Below, in pieces: positions 25,188-26,740 of a DNA stretch of 26,740 nt. The DNA is from a virus. Its lineage: Duplodnaviria; Caudoviricetes. The stretch spans positions 1 through 26,740 of IMG/VR virus record IMGVR_UViG_3300049844_000278. The stretch is one strand, 5' to 3'. Made by a program: the position numbers and the translations under genes. The stretch's first letter is position 1, and the number at the start of each line of letters is the position of its first letter. The notes below the pieces were generated by a model. That model was not told where the DNA came from. It did no database searches and worked only from the letters and a program-made list of their open reading frames with translations.

Positions 25188-25398
25188 CTATTGGGTTGAC
25201 CGTTCGTGATGTTAGGGTTAAGTACCAGGGTAGCCACTTAAGGTTATCCCATGCCCGTTCCTGGGCCGGTAAGCAATTGCCTAGTGTGATTGCGTCCCAA
25301 CTCCAAGGGTTTTTTAAGCCCCCCTCTCGATACTTGCTGTCATCGCCCGCGTTCTGTACAGGGTTAAGGTTGGTTACCGTGGGCCTCGGTCCGGCCCT
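25140..25398 (-). ncRNA. Candidate structured noncoding RNA or attenuated leader (~255 nt)
   Basis: Bounded by a consensus-like promoter and a terminator, contains no credible ORF, and has several mutually compatible helices by eye. Not matched to any family I recognise. Confidence 0.55.
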
Positions 25399-25404
25399 AA
25401 TTAA

Positions 25405-25432
25405 ATTATACATAACTTTAACTGAAATGCAA
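25405..25432 (-). promoter_or_regulatory. Sigma-70/sigma-A promoter TTGCAT-16-TATAAT
   Basis: -35 at 25432-25427, -10 at 25410-25405, AT-rich sequence upstream. Predicted start at about 25398 (AGGGCC). Confidence 0.7.
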
Positions 25433-25502
25433 CACTTATTTTACGTCTTTATCTTTAAGTCTTAAGAATGTCTTATAGATTCCGCGCATAGTAATGTCCG
25501 GT

Positions 25503-25742
25503 TCAGCTTTCGTCGCGTGGGTGGCGGCTCATCTGTTCGGCAATCAGGCGGTAGTTTTCCAGGACTTTCACTATCCTGGCTATATCGGCCTGGGCCTCAC
25601 CCTCAGTGGCATAGCAAAGCATGTTTTGAATATTGAACAGGTCCTCCTTGGAGTAGATGTTCATCTTCGAGCTTACCTGTCCGAGGTAGTCCCCGGTATA
25701 GTAAATCTCAAACATTTTTGGGCTTATGGGTTCCATTGGCAT
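25503..25742 (-). CDS. Hypothetical protein (79 aa)
   Basis: ORF track, GAAAGGGA SD, co-oriented with its neighbours; no recognisable motif. Confidence 0.55.
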   Translation of the reverse strand: MPMEPISPKMFEIYYTGDYLGQVSSKMNIYSKEDLFNIQNMLCYATEGEAQADIARIVKVLENYRLIAEQMSRHPRDES

Positions 25743-25935
25743 AAACTTTTTCCCTTTCTTTCAGGTAGGACCTGAGATGGTAATACATATCATCGCTCAT
25801 ATGGGCTTTTTTGAGGATGTAATCATTCAGCTGGCGGTCATCGATATCGAGCTCGAATGCAATCCGCCGGCGGCTTATCCCCATGCGTATCAGCTGTTTG
25901 ACCATATAGAGGATTTCGATATCGTAATCAATCAT
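25708..25935 (-). CDS. Small HTH-like DNA-binding protein (75 aa)
   Basis: MGISRRRIAFELDIDDRQLNDYI fits a helix-turn-helix pattern; ATGA overlap with the replication gene. Confidence 0.6.
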   Translation of the reverse strand: MIDYDIEILYMVKQLIRMGISRRRIAFELDIDDRQLNDYILKKAHMSDDMYYHLRSYLKEREKVYANGTHKPKNV

Positions 25936-26740
25936 TTGGTAAGCTCCCTGAAGTTCTTCAGGATGGCCTGTTTTTCGGCCTCGCTTATTTCGGGTACGAC
26001 CTCGTTGGAGTAGTCAGGCACCGCCTCAATGATGGGTTTGCGCCGTCCCAGGTTCCGTTTAGCATCACGCCTAACCCAATTCAGGATGGTGGCATAATGC
26101 GAGCGGTAACGCTTTCCGGTCGATTCCAGGTAGATGGATAGTTCATCCAAAGCTTCATAGAACCCGCTGTCGCCTAGTTTGGCTTTCAGCTTCTGTTCTT
26201 CGTTGTCGGTCAGCATGACATTGGCAAATTGTCCGTGGGGGTGCTTAGGCGGCTTTTTAGACGCCGTGCTCTCTTTAGCTTTAATATCTTTATCTTCTTC
26301 TAATTCTAAATCTAATTCTATAAGACGCTCTGCGTTACCACATGTTACTGTATCGTTACGAGTAACGTTACTTTCGGATATTTCTTTTACAGCTTGTTTA
26401 TTTAAGCGGTATTTTGCTACCCTTAAGCGGTTTTGCTCCCGAATCCGGTCCAAGCTCTCAATATTTTGGTACTTGGACCAATTGGTAACTTGGATGATTT
26501 CATCGATAATTTCTATCATATGGAACTGTTGAAAAGTCTTTAACGCAAGGCGGGTGATGTTAAGCGGCCGTGAGAAGATAGCCGCTAACATTTCATCCGT
26601 ATATGCAATATCCTTGGCAAACATAATGCTGCCGTCCTGGTTTACTTCCCCGGCCAGGCATAACAGCTTGAGCCATATCACGATGATGCTGTCCCCGTCC
26701 GGCAAGGCTTCAATCAGCTTAATCTTGCGGTGGTTGAACA
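25932..26740 (-). CDS. Phage replisome organizer / replication initiator, 5'-truncated
   Basis: Frame stays open past the track start to the window edge (FNHRKIKLIEALPDGDSIIVIWLKLLCLAG). Also QVTNWSKYQN, REQNRLRVAKYR, and C-terminal HGQFANVMLTD...YRSHYATILNW. Confidence 0.9.
   Translation of the reverse strand, partial: FNHRKIKLIEALPDGDSIIVIWLKLLCLAGEVNQDGSIMFAKDIAYTDEMLAAIFSRPLNITRLALKTFQQFHMIEIIDEIIQVTNWSKYQNIESLDRIREQNRLRVAKYRLNKQAVKEISESNVTRNDTVTCGNAERLIELDLELEEDKDIKAKESTASKKPPKHPHGQFANVMLTDNEEQKLKAKLGDSGFYEALDELSIYLESTGKRYRSHYATILNWVRRDAKRNLGRRKPIIEAVPDYSNEVVPEISEAEKQAILKNFRELTK
26281..26371 (-). other. Putative replication origin: iterons plus AT-rich tract inside the initiator gene
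   Basis: GTTAC at 26334, 26344, 26355 and 26367, inverted GTAAC at 26362, next to an AT-rich TCTAA-repeat tract at 26281-26322. Confidence 0.65.

Noticed and set aside
25210-25222. GTTAGGGTTAAG, resembling a telomere repeat or telomerase template
   Set aside because: Only about 1.5 units, no reverse transcriptase in the window, and it is explained by the local AACCC motif bias.
25140-25398. tRNA, tmRNA, SRP, 6S RNA or HDV-like ribozyme identity for the noncoding unit
   Set aside because: No cloverleaf or TPsiC arm, no SRP helix-8 motif, no long 6S-like duplex, and I could not build an HDV nested double pseudoknot by eye. An Rfam search is still needed.
25078-25413. 111-aa minus-strand ORF across the candidate ncRNA
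   Set aside because: Its ATG abuts and overlaps the -10 box upstream of the predicted start, it has no SD, and it runs through the terminator and out of frame into terS.

Overview
The window is part of a tailed-phage or prophage genome, probably podovirus-like and from a Firmicutes-type host (inferred from the sigma-A-like promoters, strong SD sites and replisome-organizer gene). Every credible gene lies on the minus strand. Right to left: replication initiator (cut off at the right edge, with internal iterons), an HTH-like gene and a small hypothetical gene, a promoter-to-terminator noncoding unit of about 255 nt, terS, terL, a small membrane protein, portal, a Zn-finger protein, scaffold, major capsid protein with a fused Ig-like domain, adaptor, tail tube/nozzle protein, five fibre/adhesin genes, an ejection-type protein, and a giant ORF. 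The ORF track missed the giant ORF because it has no stop in the window. I translated it by hand: 8962 down to 2 is open for 2987 codons. It carries a HExxH zincin module and two tandem ~1000-aa copies of an uncharacterised E-x-QSD domain. Other highlights are a structured ncRNA or attenuator upstream of terS, a protein with an exact 20-aa x18 repeat next to a probable high-copy small subunit (possible bead-on-ruler fibre), matching hairpin/anti-SD elements after the two probable high-copy genes, and no GATC site found in 26.7 kb. All protein calls come from motif recognition, not database searches.
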